Below, piece by piece: positions 7,736-17,278 of a stretch of DNA of 50,219 nt; position 1 is the first letter of the stretch; each line of letters starts with the position of its first letter. Both the position numbers and the translations under genes were made by a program. Source of the DNA: Shigella phage phi2457T; sequence record MH917278; one strand, written 5' to 3'. The notes under the pieces are model-generated. The model had not been told where the DNA came from and ran no database searches. It worked only from the letters and a program-made list of their open reading frames with translations.

Positions 7736-7945
7736 ATGATGGTATCAACTGATAAGTTTTTCACTTGCACTAAAACTTCTGAAGTATTCGAACTCGTTCA
7801 TACTGATAACGGTGATTTCATGCATGACGGTTGCGACGTTTTCATTGAAGTGAAAGAAAGCGACTATGATGACGGAGTTTATTACAACCCGGCAGTTAAC
7901 ACTCAGTTTTTTACACCGATCGAAGATGAAGGAGAAGAGGCATGA
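7736..7945 (+). CDS. small acidic protein (69 aa)
   Basis: ORF track; Asp/Glu-rich (DYDDGVYY, EDEGEEA). Confidence 0.4.
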   Translation: MMVSTDKFFTCTKTSEVFELVHTDNGDFMHDGCDVFIEVKESDYDDGVYYNPAVNTQFFTPIEDEGEEA

Positions 7946-8286
7946 TTACGATTAACCTATCAGAGAAGCAAGCTCGTGAAATCCTTGATGCGATCGGCGA
8001 CCAATTGCACGTAAAAGGAGCAACTGCCGAGTTGCTCAACCAGATCGAAAAGCAACTTACTCCTGTTTCAACGAATCAAGCTGAGTTTGCAGCCTGGAAG
8101 AGCGAGCGCATCCTGCCAAATATCATCAAGGCATGGAAGCGCAAGCATAAAAAAGAAATCAATGTTGATGACTTATTTTCTGATGAATTAAGTCCTTCAA
8201 AGGTTGCTCAATATCAGTTGCGATACATGGAATCAGTTTGCAATCAGGTCTTAAATGTCAACTTTTCATTCGGGAGTGGTAAATAA
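7942..8286 (+). CDS. hypothetical protein (114 aa)
   Basis: ORF track; ATGA start/stop overlap with upstream gene; SD gaagga. Confidence 0.45.
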   Translation: MITINLSEKQAREILDAIGDQLHVKGATAELLNQIEKQLTPVSTNQAEFAAWKSERILPNIIKAWKRKHKKEINVDDLFSDELSPSKVAQYQLRYMESVCNQVLNVNFSFGSGK

Positions 8287-8516
8287 TGTTTGGTTTAAGT
8301 GAAGCGGAATGGAACGTGGTAAAGCGCGCGGCGAAGGAATTGAATAAATTTGTTAGCGGAATGAAGAAGGAAGATCGCAAAAACGAAAAGATTATGATTG
8401 ATGTGATCTCAACTCATCACAAAAAGGTTGAGCTACTCATCGACCGCTACAAGTTTGTATGGACCGCCGGATATATTGCAGGGCGCGTAGGTAACAAAGA
8501 GGGTGATTACGAATAA
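8286..8516 (+). CDS. hypothetical protein (76 aa)
   Basis: ORF track; SD gggag; TAATG coupling. Confidence 0.4.
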   Translation: MFGLSEAEWNVVKRAAKELNKFVSGMKKEDRKNEKIMIDVISTHHKKVELLIDRYKFVWTAGYIAGRVGNKEGDYE

Positions 8517-8719
8517 TGGCTAACTTACCGAAGAAAGGCGATCAGGTTCGATGTGTTACATCACGCAATGGTGATGCTTTCTCAGCGGGATGCTTGTATG
8601 ACGTTGAAAAAGTAAGTAAAGCAAAGAGACTCGTATTTGTATACGGAGACGATGGAAATATTCATGAGATTGACTACCCGCAGGATATTACTAAGGGCCA
8701 ATTTGAAATTAATGATTGA
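8516..8719 (+). CDS. hypothetical protein, paralogous-family-like (67 aa)
   Basis: ORF track; VRCVTSRNGDAFSAGCLYDV resembles the KC(I/V)...G.IY motif. Confidence 0.4.
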   Translation: MANLPKKGDQVRCVTSRNGDAFSAGCLYDVEKVSKAKRLVFVYGDDGNIHEIDYPQDITKGQFEIND

Positions 8720-8883
8720 CCTGAATCTCTGAGCGGTGATAGTATTAATCCCGTAGACAGACGAGGCGCAAATAAGCGCAACGCGTGAGACGATTCTCAC
8801 ACTTCCAGCTAACAAGCTCGGTTGCATAGTGGTTAAGCAACGCCGCAGACCCGTAAGCGGCAACAATTCAAGAGGATTGCGTA

Positions 8884-9045
8884 ATGCAAAATATCAAAAA
8901 CGAATCAGTCAAAATCGAAATTAAAGTAACTCGCAACGGCAAAACAACTCGTTATAAAAAGCGGTTAAATCATGGAGAGGCTGTTATTGGTCGCATCGAT
9001 GGCGTTATGATTAAGGCGCAAGAAGATGAAGCGATTCAAAGTTAA
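8884..9045 (+). CDS. hypothetical small protein (53 aa)
   Basis: ATG with strong SD aagagga; below ORF-track length cutoff. Confidence 0.3.
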   Translation: MQNIKNESVKIEIKVTRNGKTTRYKKRLNHGEAVIGRIDGVMIKAQEDEAIQS

Positions 9046-9212
9046 ATTGATCATTCGAAAGATGGGGATGTTTTGCCAATCATGCAAACAATCTTTCGAG
9101 ACTGAATTATCGGCAACCAGTCAGGCAGAAGCCATCGCGAAAGCAAAAAAACTTTCCGGCGCAAACCTTGACACTCACAAAATAAACATTGAATTAATTA
9201 AGGAGATCTAAC

Positions 9213-9440
9213 ATGGAAATTTTTTTATGGATTATCGCTGGTATCGTTATTTTTGGTGCTGGTTTATTTTCTGGCTTCGCACTTGTGGCGGCAGCAATTG
9301 CGATGGACGCGAAGGATAAAACTGGTGTATGGCTTACCTACTCACCAAAGAAGGATCAATGGGAAATGACTGGCGATCTTGCTCACTGCTACTCTAAAGC
9401 TCAGACCCACCCTAAAGGCATTAAACGACGATTATCGTGA
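9213..9440 (+). CDS. small membrane protein (75 aa)
   Basis: SD aaggag; N-terminal hydrophobic segment IFLWIIAGIVIFGAGLFSGFALVAAAIA; followed by terminator. Confidence 0.5.
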   Translation: MEIFLWIIAGIVIFGAGLFSGFALVAAAIAMDAKDKTGVWLTYSPKKDQWEMTGDLAHCYSKAQTHPKGIKRRLS

Positions 9441-9448
9441 TAAATACT

Positions 9449-9471
9449 AACCCGCTACGGCGGGTTTTTTT
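9449..9471 (+). terminator. rho-independent terminator
   Basis: Hairpin cccgctacggcggg followed by TTTTTTT. Confidence 0.65.
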
Positions 9472-9490
9472 ATGCCTGCAATATGGTAAA

Positions 9491-9509
9491 ATAGCACTAA
9501 ATGTTAAAC
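9491..9509 (+). promoter_or_regulatory. conserved intergenic element copy upstream of terminase small subunit
   Basis: atagcactaaatgttaaac preceded by ctgcaatatgg -10-like. Confidence 0.45.
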
Positions 9510-9524
9510 AAAGAGGGTATATTT

Positions 9525-10049
9525 ATGAGTGAACCTAAGAACGCTCCCGTAGTTCAGGGTGGTAATTTCAAAGAGCTATACAAGAAAAAGTTCGGCACTG
9601 TTCTTGCGAAGAATCGGACCATGACGCCTGAGCAATTATTCGATCTATCAGTTAAGTATTTCGAATGGGCTGAGGACAATGCGATCAAGGCGTCTGAATC
9701 AGCCAGCTTTCAGGGTGGCGTGTACGAATCTCTTGTTCATAAGCCTCGGGTGTTCACCTGGACAGGGTATCGACTATTCATCGGTGCAAGTGAGGCCGCT
9801 ATCATTAAGTGGAAGCGAGAAGAGGAATATAGCGAGGTTATGGAGTTCGTGGAATCTGTAATCAACGAGCAAAAATTCCAACTTGCCGCCAACGGTGTTA
9901 TTAACGCCTCCTTTATCGGCAAGGATCTCGGGATCGATAAGCCAGCCTCAATCAATATCGAAAACTCAGCAGCTTCAGCATCTACCTCTGTTGCCACCAC
10001 TGAGGATGCAATGAAAGAGGCAGTGAACAGCATTCTTGACATGCTTTAA
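9525..10049 (+). CDS. terminase small subunit (putative)
   Basis: Position immediately upstream of terminase large subunit; ~175 aa; SD aaagaggg; identity by synteny only. Confidence 0.5.
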   Translation: MSEPKNAPVVQGGNFKELYKKKFGTVLAKNRTMTPEQLFDLSVKYFEWAEDNAIKASESASFQGGVYESLVHKPRVFTWTGYRLFIGASEAAIIKWKREEEYSEVMEFVESVINEQKFQLAANGVINASFIGKDLGIDKPASINIENSAASASTSVATTEDAMKEAVNSILDML

Positions 10050-10088
10050 CGTTACGGGCGCGAAAGCGCCCATGAAGGAGATTTAATT

Positions 10089-11657
10089 ATGATTCAATGG
10101 GAAGACCTCGACGCAACTCAGAAGTTAGCGATCAAGAAAATGAGTGAGGCGAATTTCGAAAAGATGATTAGGATCTGGTTCCAGCTTATGCAGGCTCAGC
10201 AGTTCCAGCCTAACTGGCATCACCTTTATTTATGTCACGAAGTTGAGGAAATAATTGCAGGTCGACGCGGGAACACTATCTTTAACGTCACGCCAGGTTC
10301 GGGTAAAACCGAGGTGTTCTCAATTCACCTTCCTGTTTACGCAATGCTCAAGTGCAAGAAGGTACGAAACCTTAACGTTTCATTTGCAGATAGCCTTGTA
10401 AAGCGTAACAGTAAGCGAGTTCGTGAGATTATCAGCAGCAAAGAGTTCCAAGAGTTGTGGCCCTGTAAGTTCGGCACATCGAAAGATGAAGAGATGCAAG
10501 TTCTTAACGAAGATGGCAAGGTCTGGTTCGAGCTAATATCCGCAGCAGCCGGAGGTCGAATCACAGGTTCGCGTGGTGGCTATATGATGCCGGGATTCTC
10601 CGGGATGGTAATGCTCGACGATATAGACAAGCCTGACGATATGTTCTCAAAGGTTAAGCGTGAGCGTACTCACATGCTATTGAAGAACACCATACGATCC
10701 CGTCGTATGCACAACGAGACGCCGATTATCGCAATCCAGCAGCGACTGCACGCGCAGGATTCAACTTGGTTTATGATGAATGGAGGTATGGGTATTGAGT
10801 TTGACCAGATCTCGATCCCGGCACTGGTGACTGAAGAATACGGAAAGACACTTCCTGACTGGTTGCAGCCTTATTTCGAGCGCGACGTTTTGTCGTCTGA
10901 GTATGTAGAATTGGATGGTGTTAAGCATTATTCATTCTGGCCCAGCAAGGAGAGTGTTCACGACCTATTGGCTTTGCGCGAAGCGGACCAGTACACCTTT
11001 GATTCTCAGTACCAGCAGAAGCCGATCGCACTTGGCGGCTCCGTGTTTAACTCGGAATGGTGGACTTATTACGGCAGCAGTCTTGACGCTAACGAGCCAG
11101 ATCCGGGCAAATATGATTACCGTTTCATCACTGCCGATACCGCTCAGAAGACAGGTGAACTAAACGACTACACGGTGTTTTGCTTATGGGGTAAGAAAAA
11201 CGATAAGGTTTACTTTATCGACGGCATTCGCGGCAAGTGGGAAGCGCCTGATATGGAGAAACAATTTACCGCCTTCGTGAATCAGGCATGGAGGCACAAT
11301 AAATCAATGGGTGTGCTTCGCAAAATCTACGTGGAAGATAAGGCGAGCGGGACGGGCTTGATTCAGAACTTAAGGAAAAAGACTCCGATCTCAATCACAC
11401 CATTGCAGCGTAACAAAGATAAAGTTACCCGAGCTATGGATGCTCAGCCAGTAATTAAGGCCGGGCGCGTGGTTCTTCCAGAAGAGCACCCTATGCTTGC
11501 GGAAATCATCGCAGAACATAGCGCCTTCACTTATGATGATACTCACCCTCATGATGATATTGTCGATAACTTCATGGATGCGGCGAACATCGAATTGCTG
11601 ACCATTGATGATCCTATCGAGAGAATGAAGCGACTCGCTGGGATGGTTAAGCGGTAA
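10089..11657 (+). CDS. terminase large subunit
   Basis: 522 aa; N-terminal ATPase region with P-loop-like VTPGSGKTEV and acidic DDIDKPDD, C-terminal nuclease-like region; followed by portal. Confidence 0.85.
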   Translation: MIQWEDLDATQKLAIKKMSEANFEKMIRIWFQLMQAQQFQPNWHHLYLCHEVEEIIAGRRGNTIFNVTPGSGKTEVFSIHLPVYAMLKCKKVRNLNVSFADSLVKRNSKRVREIISSKEFQELWPCKFGTSKDEEMQVLNEDGKVWFELISAAAGGRITGSRGGYMMPGFSGMVMLDDIDKPDDMFSKVKRERTHMLLKNTIRSRRMHNETPIIAIQQRLHAQDSTWFMMNGGMGIEFDQISIPALVTEEYGKTLPDWLQPYFERDVLSSEYVELDGVKHYSFWPSKESVHDLLALREADQYTFDSQYQQKPIALGGSVFNSEWWTYYGSSLDANEPDPGKYDYRFITADTAQKTGELNDYTVFCLWGKKNDKVYFIDGIRGKWEAPDMEKQFTAFVNQAWRHNKSMGVLRKIYVEDKASGTGLIQNLRKKTPISITPLQRNKDKVTRAMDAQPVIKAGRVVLPEEHPMLAEIIAEHSAFTYDDTHPHDDIVDNFMDAANIELLTIDDPIERMKRLAGMVKR

Positions 11658-11711
11658 TAAATGAGATATAATCAAGGCTGTCAATTGACGGCCTTTTTTA
11701 TTGGAGGAAAC

Positions 11712-12995
11712 ATGAAAATTGTTAAGCATGATGGATATAACGATATCTTTAACGGCGGTGCGGACGGCTCACCTAAGCCATTCTTTATGTCCGACGCATC
11801 ATATCACGTCGGCTCTTTCTACAACGATAACGCCACAGCAAAGAGGATTGTAGACGTAATACCTGAAGAAATGGTTACGGCTGGATTTAAAATATCAGGC
11901 GTCAAGGATGAAAAAGAGTTCAAATCTCTGTGGGATAGTTACAAAATTGATCCTAGCTTGGTTGATGTTCTTTGCTGGGCGCGCCTATACGGTGGGGCGG
12001 CTATTGTAGCAATCATTAAAGACAACAGAATGCTAACCAGTCCAGTTAAACCTGGAGCTAAACTTGAAGGTGTGCGTGTTTACGATAGGTTCGCAATTAC
12101 AATCGAAAAAAGAGTAACCAATGCGCGATCGCCTCGCTATGGTGAGCCTGAGATCTATAAGGTGTCGCCCGGTGACAACATTCAACCTTACTTAATCCAC
12201 CACACGAGAATTTTCATTGCTGATGGTGAGAGAGTTACCCCTCAGATGCGGAAGCAGAATCAGGGGTGGGGTGCTTCAGTTTTGAATAAGTCACTGATTG
12301 ATGCAATCTGCGACTACGACTATTGCGAATCACTTGCGACTCAGATCCTGCGGCGTAAGCAACAGGCGGTATGGAAGGTCAAAGGTCTTGCCGAAATGTG
12401 CGATGATGACGATGCTCAGTATGCTGCGCGCCTGCGACTTGCTCAGGTTGATGACAACTCCGGAGTAGGCCGTGCGATCGGTATCGATGCTGAGACGGAA
12501 GAATACGATGTTCTAAACTCTGATATCAGCGGAGTGCCTGAGTTCTTATCGAGCAAGATGGATCGTATTGTTTCCCTTTCCGGGATTCATGAGATTATCA
12601 TCAAAAATAAGAACGTAGGCGGCGTATCAGCGAGTCAAAACACAGCACTTGAGACTTTCTATAAGCTGGTAGATCGTAAGCGTGAGGAAGATTACAGGCC
12701 TCTTCTTGAGTTCTTGCTGCCGTTCATTGTTGACGAGCAAGAGTGGTCGATCGAGTTCGAGCCTTTATCCGTTCCGAGCAAGAAAGAGGAATCAGAGATC
12801 ACGAAGAATAACGTTGATTCGGTTACGAAAGCTATCACTGAGCAAATCATCGATCTGGAAGAAGCTCGCGACACGTTGCGATCTATTGCCCCTGAGTTCA
12901 AACTCAAGGATGGTAATAACATCAACATTCGCGAACCTGAAGAAACAACCGAACCGGAACCGGGATTAGGGGAGAAGTTAGAAGATGAAAATTAA
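11712..12995 (+). CDS. portal protein
   Basis: ~427 aa ORF directly after terminase; internal ATG with SD ggagga; acidic C-terminus; synteny. Confidence 0.8.
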   Translation: MKIVKHDGYNDIFNGGADGSPKPFFMSDASYHVGSFYNDNATAKRIVDVIPEEMVTAGFKISGVKDEKEFKSLWDSYKIDPSLVDVLCWARLYGGAAIVAIIKDNRMLTSPVKPGAKLEGVRVYDRFAITIEKRVTNARSPRYGEPEIYKVSPGDNIQPYLIHHTRIFIADGERVTPQMRKQNQGWGASVLNKSLIDAICDYDYCESLATQILRRKQQAVWKVKGLAEMCDDDDAQYAARLRLAQVDDNSGVGRAIGIDAETEEYDVLNSDISGVPEFLSSKMDRIVSLSGIHEIIIKNKNVGGVSASQNTALETFYKLVDRKREEDYRPLLEFLLPFIVDEQEWSIEFEPLSVPSKKEESEITKNNVDSVTKAITEQIIDLEEARDTLRSIAPEFKLKDGNNINIREPEETTEPEPGLGEKLEDEN

Positions 12996-13746
12996 TGGCG
13001 TTGCTACTCAGTGGCGCTATCCTGAAATGAGCGAGCGCGCAATGTCGCGCTCCCTACAGGATATTGCAGCCAAACTAACTGAAAAAATGCGTGACGAATT
13101 AAAGCTGATGAAATTTGATGCTACCGACGAAGAGATAGATCAGGCAGAAAGGTCATTGCTTAATTACGTTGAATCACTCATCGCGCCGATTATCGGTTCT
13201 CTATCATCCGTTGCGCTCACGATCTATAAATTCAACTCTAAGCAGTGGCTGCGCATCGCTCGCAATGCTGGAGGTAAGAAGAATCAAGCCGTGATGCTAC
13301 TTGCCCTGATTGGTCCTACCGCTGCCGAAAGTTGGTACTCAGGACAATATAATCTGTGGCGATCGCAGGTGACTACTTCTATCAGGAAATTTGCCGCCAA
13401 CATGGTTACTGATTTCACTGATAAACTTCGTGCGGCATCCGGTCAGGGCAAAAGCAAGGATTTTGTTGTTGAGCTTGCTAAGGAGCGATTTGGTATTTAC
13501 CGGAATTGGGCCAAAAATAGAGCATCGGGAATTGTCGGAACCTGGAACAGTAGACTAATGCGGCAGCGCATAAAAGACGCTGGTGTCTCTTATTATTTCT
13601 GGCGAGGGGTGATGGATTTACGCGAACGTGAAAAACATGTAAGATGGGAAGGTAAGCGTATAGCGGTAGATTCCGATCACGTATTTCCGGGTGAAGAATA
13701 CAATTGCCGCTGTTGGGCTGTTCCAGACTTTTCCACAGGAGATTAA
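12985..13746 (+). CDS. head morphogenesis protein (SPP1 gp7 / Mu F-like minor capsid)
   Basis: 253 aa after portal; conserved C-terminal region ending ...VFPGEEYNCRCWAV typical of this family. Confidence 0.65.
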   Translation: MKINGVATQWRYPEMSERAMSRSLQDIAAKLTEKMRDELKLMKFDATDEEIDQAERSLLNYVESLIAPIIGSLSSVALTIYKFNSKQWLRIARNAGGKKNQAVMLLALIGPTAAESWYSGQYNLWRSQVTTSIRKFAANMVTDFTDKLRAASGQGKSKDFVVELAKERFGIYRNWAKNRASGIVGTWNSRLMRQRIKDAGVSYYFWRGVMDLREREKHVRWEGKRIAVDSDHVFPGEEYNCRCWAVPDFSTGD

Positions 13747-13748
13747 AA

Positions 13749-14861
13749 ATGAAGGCAAAGCAAAGATTCGATTCAGTAAAAATCAAGGCGCACTTTGATG
13801 ATAATGGTTTTTTGGTTGACCGCCCCATTGTGGCACGAATCGGTGCTCAGGTTTACAAGACTCCCCACGGCGATCGAGTTGAGTTCCGTCCGGCGTCCGA
13901 AGTTTTCAAGCAAGATTCCTTGCAAAGTTTTGCAGGCAAGCCGATCACAGTCGGTCACGTAACGGTAACCCCCCAAAATGCTAAGGACGTTGTTGTAGGA
14001 TCGTGCGCTGGCGCTGGTATTGCTTCAGGTGTTGGAGTTGAAGTCCCTTTGAGCATTTACAGCGACTACGCGATCAGCAAGGCTAAAGCAAAAGAAGCTG
14101 GTGAATTATCTGTTGGCTACACGTCAGTAGATATTGATAAACCGGGATGGGGTTCAAATGAGACTGGAGAATATATCTTCGAAGAGGATATGAAACAGGA
14201 CGAAGAGCCGCCTGAAGGTTGGGTTAAATTCGATGCTGTACAGACTAATATCAAGGTCAACCATATTGCTCTGGTTTTTAAAGGTCGCGCGGGAATTGCC
14301 AAATTAAATCTTGATGCTGAGCAGGAATTCCCGTATGATAATAACGTTCAATTAACTAACGAGGACAAGCAAATGAAGAAAATTAAGATCGACTCAGTTG
14401 ATGTGGAAGTAACCGAAGATGTTGCGAACCATATCGAAAAATTAACCGCGCAGATTGCCACCATTCAGGGCAAAGCTGACGGCTTCGAAGCTGAGCGCGA
14501 TGCGCTGAAGGTTAAGGTTGACTCCCTGCCGGAACTGGTGAAGGCCGAAGTAGAGAAGCAAAAAGCTGACGCCGCAGCGCGTGCTGAAGTAACCGCAGTA
14601 GCGGAAACCGCAGGCGTTAAGCATGATGGTCTTGATATCAAAGACGTTAAGGTCGCTGTTGTCAAAGCTATGCTTGATAAAGATGTTAGCGAAAAATCAG
14701 ACGCATATATCGACGCTATGTTTGATGTTGCTAAGGATTCTGATATTATGGCTATTCAGCGTAAGGCGGTAAAAGGCGATTCTATCGAAGGTGGTAAGCC
14801 GGAAGAGAAAAACGACGCCGCGCCTGTTACGCCAAATTCACGTTTAAGCAAAGTAATGTAA
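13749..14861 (+). CDS. putative scaffolding / prohead core protein
   Basis: Position between head morphogenesis and capsid genes; C-terminal half Ala/Lys/Glu-rich and predicted coiled coil. Confidence 0.5.
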   Translation: MKAKQRFDSVKIKAHFDDNGFLVDRPIVARIGAQVYKTPHGDRVEFRPASEVFKQDSLQSFAGKPITVGHVTVTPQNAKDVVVGSCAGAGIASGVGVEVPLSIYSDYAISKAKAKEAGELSVGYTSVDIDKPGWGSNETGEYIFEEDMKQDEEPPEGWVKFDAVQTNIKVNHIALVFKGRAGIAKLNLDAEQEFPYDNNVQLTNEDKQMKKIKIDSVDVEVTEDVANHIEKLTAQIATIQGKADGFEAERDALKVKVDSLPELVKAEVEKQKADAAARAEVTAVAETAGVKHDGLDIKDVKVAVVKAMLDKDVSEKSDAYIDAMFDVAKDSDIMAIQRKAVKGDSIEGGKPEEKNDAAPVTPNSRLSKVM

Positions 14862-14872
14862 GGGGAAATATC

Positions 14873-15349
14873 ATGGCACAGATTAATGCATCTTATCAGC
14901 GAGACATGGCTATTGCGCTTCCGGGTATGGTTGCGGATACTTCGAAGTATAATATTGATGGCGCTTGCGTCGTTAACGAAGGTGATGTTTTTGTTGGCGC
15001 CGCCGTACAGGTTGTTCAAGCCCAAGCCGTTGATGGCCATAAATTGGTTAAGGCTATGGAATCGTCTAAAGTGCCGTATGGCGTAGCTATTCGATCTCAC
15101 TGGCAGACTGTGAATAAAGATAATCAGATGATTTACGAAGATGGCGGCGCTATCAACGTGATTACCTCCGGTAGAGTTTGGATGCTTTCCAAATCAGAAG
15201 AGGCGCCAACTTTCGGGACCGCTGTAAAACTTGACGTTGACGGTCAAGAGAAATCTGACGGTACGATCGAAACCACTTGGACCTACGCTGGCGGTTGGAC
15301 CAAATATAAAGACATTCAGCTTGTTGAAGTTCAGTTGCATCAACTGTAA
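14873..15349 (+). CDS. capsid-associated structural protein, paralogue A (decoration-like)
   Basis: Shares N-terminal domain with the next gene (DTSKYNIDGACV / DTSNYNIDGSCV; PYGVAIRS / PYGIAFRS); located before major capsid. Confidence 0.5.
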   Translation: MAQINASYQRDMAIALPGMVADTSKYNIDGACVVNEGDVFVGAAVQVVQAQAVDGHKLVKAMESSKVPYGVAIRSHWQTVNKDNQMIYEDGGAINVITSGRVWMLSKSEEAPTFGTAVKLDVDGQEKSDGTIETTWTYAGGWTKYKDIQLVEVQLHQL

Positions 15350-15364
15350 TTAGTGTTTAATATG

Positions 15365-15396
15365 GGGACTATCCTTTTTGGATAGTCCTTTTTTTA
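15365..15396 (+). terminator. rho-independent terminator
   Basis: Hairpin ggactatcc/ggatagtcc followed by TTTTTTT. Confidence 0.6.
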
Positions 15397-15409
15397 TGGA
15401 GAAAATACT

Positions 15410-16177
15410 ATGCCTTACGAAAATTTAATGTTACGCCCGGCGTGCCCTGGTAATCTTTCGGATACTTCAAACTACAATATTGATGGATCTTGTGTTGCTA
15501 AAGGTGATATTGAGTTCGGCGCTGCTGTTAAAGTTGTCGGTATTGTTGACGGAGTTAAGGTTGTTTCCACGCTTACTGATGGTGCAACACCTTACGGAAT
15601 CGCTTTCCGTTCCCAATATGAACACCTGAGCGGTAAAATCCTCGACGGTGAAGTTTGCAACGTCGTTTCTCATGGTCGAATGTGGACGCTCACTTCTCTT
15701 GATGAAGCTCCGGCCTTATTCTCAAAGTTGCAATTTGGATCTGGTGGTGTTGTTACTGGTAGCTCTGGTTCCGTAGGTTGGACATTTGCTGGTGGGTTTG
15801 TTAAGCACGAGGACGGGTACATTATTGAGGTACAGGTTAAGCGAAATGCCTTCATTGTTCCACCTCCACCCCCTCCTGTGGTTCTTGTTGAGTCTGCGAC
15901 GATTACAACTAACAAGGAGAGTCCTCAGCCAAACAATGCACCTGTGCAATTTAACGTTGCTGTAAAACCTGACAACGCCACCGATAAAACTGGCCTGTGG
16001 TCTGTTGATGCTGAAAATATTGCGACAATAGATCCAAAATCTGGCGTTCTTACTCCAATTGGTGGAGATGCAGCAGGTAGCGTAAGCGTAAATTGGACGG
16101 CTAACGATTCCAGCAAAACTAAAGAATCGATCACTTATGTCTTTGATGCTGTGCCAGCCGAAGAAGAAGAGTCATAA
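15410..16177 (+). CDS. capsid-associated structural protein, paralogue B, with poly-Pro linker and C-terminal Ig-like domain
   Basis: N-terminal domain paralogous to 14873..15349; PPPPPPVVLV linker; C-terminal ~90 aa resembles bacterial Ig-like (Big_2-type) domain. Confidence 0.55.
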   Translation: MPYENLMLRPACPGNLSDTSNYNIDGSCVAKGDIEFGAAVKVVGIVDGVKVVSTLTDGATPYGIAFRSQYEHLSGKILDGEVCNVVSHGRMWTLTSLDEAPALFSKLQFGSGGVVTGSSGSVGWTFAGGFVKHEDGYIIEVQVKRNAFIVPPPPPPVVLVESATITTNKESPQPNNAPVQFNVAVKPDNATDKTGLWSVDAENIATIDPKSGVLTPIGGDAAGSVSVNWTANDSSKTKESITYVFDAVPAEEEES

Positions 16178-16196
16178 CACAAAAACACTTTGACGC

Positions 16197-16215
16197 TTTA
16201 ACAAAAAGTGCTATT
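16197..16215 (-). promoter_or_regulatory. conserved intergenic element copy, inverted relative to local transcription
   Basis: tttaacaaaaagtgctatt (reverse complement AATAGCACTTTTTGTTAAA) upstream of major capsid gene. Confidence 0.4.
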
Positions 16216-16220
16216 ATTGA

Positions 16221-16248
16221 AGCCGTGAACATAATCACGGCTTTTTTT
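16221..16248 (+). terminator. rho-independent terminator
   Basis: Hairpin agccgtga/tcacggct followed by TTTTTTT. Confidence 0.6.
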
Positions 16249-16269
16249 ATTAACTAAGGAGAAGTAATC

Positions 16270-17229
16270 ATGACTACTAAAAAATTTGATGAAGCAGATA
16301 AAAGCAATATTGAAATGTACCTGATCCAAGCTGGCGTAAAACAGGATGCAGCAGCAACTATGGGTATCTGGACCGCTCAGGAGCTACACCGCATCAAGAG
16401 CCAGTCTTACGAAGAGGACTACCCGGCAGGATCTGCTCTCCGTGTATTCCCGGTTACAACCGATCTCTCTCCGACCGACAAGACGTTTGAGTACATGACC
16501 TTTGATAAGGTTGGTACTGCGCAGATTATCGCTGACTATACCGATGACCTGCCTCTGGTTGATGCGCTTGGCACTTCTGAGTTCGGAAAGGTGTTCCGCT
16601 TGGGTAACGCGTACCTGATTTCAATCGACGAAATCAAAGCAGGTCAGGCAACTGGTCGACCGCTGTCAACCCGCAAGGCAAGTGCGTGTCAGCTAGCGCA
16701 TGACCAACTGGTTAACCGTCTGGTGTTCAAAGGCTCCGCACCGCACAAGATCGTGTCTGTGTTCAACCATCCGAACATCACCAAAATTACCTCAGGTAAG
16801 TGGATTGATGGAGTTAGCCAAAAACCAGAAACGGCTGAAGCTGAACTAACTCAGGCCATCGAAACCATCGAGACGATTACTCGCGGACAGCACCGAGCAA
16901 CCAATATTCTGATCCCGCCGTCCATGCGTAAGGTTTTGGCTATTCGTATGCCTGAAACCACTATGTCTTATCTGGACTATTTCAAGTCTCAGAATGCTGG
17001 TATCGAAATTGACTCTATCGCAGAACTTGAAGATATCGATGGCGCTGGAACTAAAGGCGTGCTGGTGTACGAAAAGAATCCGATGAATATGTCCATCGAG
17101 ATCCCGGAAGCATTTAACATGCTGCCAGCACAGCCGAAAGATCTGCACTTCAAAGTGCCTTGCACCTCCAAGTGTACTGGCCTTACAATTTATCGTCCGA
17201 TGACTATTGTCTTAATCACTGGCGTGTAA
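16270..17229 (+). CDS. major capsid protein
   Basis: 319 aa; strong SD aaggagaa; position after scaffold/decoration genes and before connector genes; flanked by terminators. Confidence 0.75.
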   Translation: MTTKKFDEADKSNIEMYLIQAGVKQDAAATMGIWTAQELHRIKSQSYEEDYPAGSALRVFPVTTDLSPTDKTFEYMTFDKVGTAQIIADYTDDLPLVDALGTSEFGKVFRLGNAYLISIDEIKAGQATGRPLSTRKASACQLAHDQLVNRLVFKGSAPHKIVSVFNHPNITKITSGKWIDGVSQKPETAEAELTQAIETIETITRGQHRATNILIPPSMRKVLAIRMPETTMSYLDYFKSQNAGIEIDSIAELEDIDGAGTKGVLVYEKNPMNMSIEIPEAFNMLPAQPKDLHFKVPCTSKCTGLTIYRPMTIVLITGV

Positions 17230-17236
17230 TATTATA

Positions 17237-17263
17237 GGGACTAACTTAGTTGGTCCCTTTTTT
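17237..17263 (+). terminator. rho-independent terminator
   Basis: Hairpin gggacta...tggtccc followed by TTTTTT. Confidence 0.55.
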
Positions 17264-17278
17264 ATTGGAGAAATCAAA

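Noticed and set aside
10056-10071. Hairpin gggcgcgaaagcgccc between the terminase subunit genes as a terminator
   Set aside because: No T-tract follows it and it lies between two genes that must be co-expressed; more likely a stable GNRA-type stem-loop in the mRNA.
12682-12969. ORF 12682..12969 (+) and 12692..12928 (-) inside the portal gene
   Set aside because: They overlap the portal reading frame, have no ribosome-binding site, and show Ser/Arg-rich composition typical of off-frame translation.
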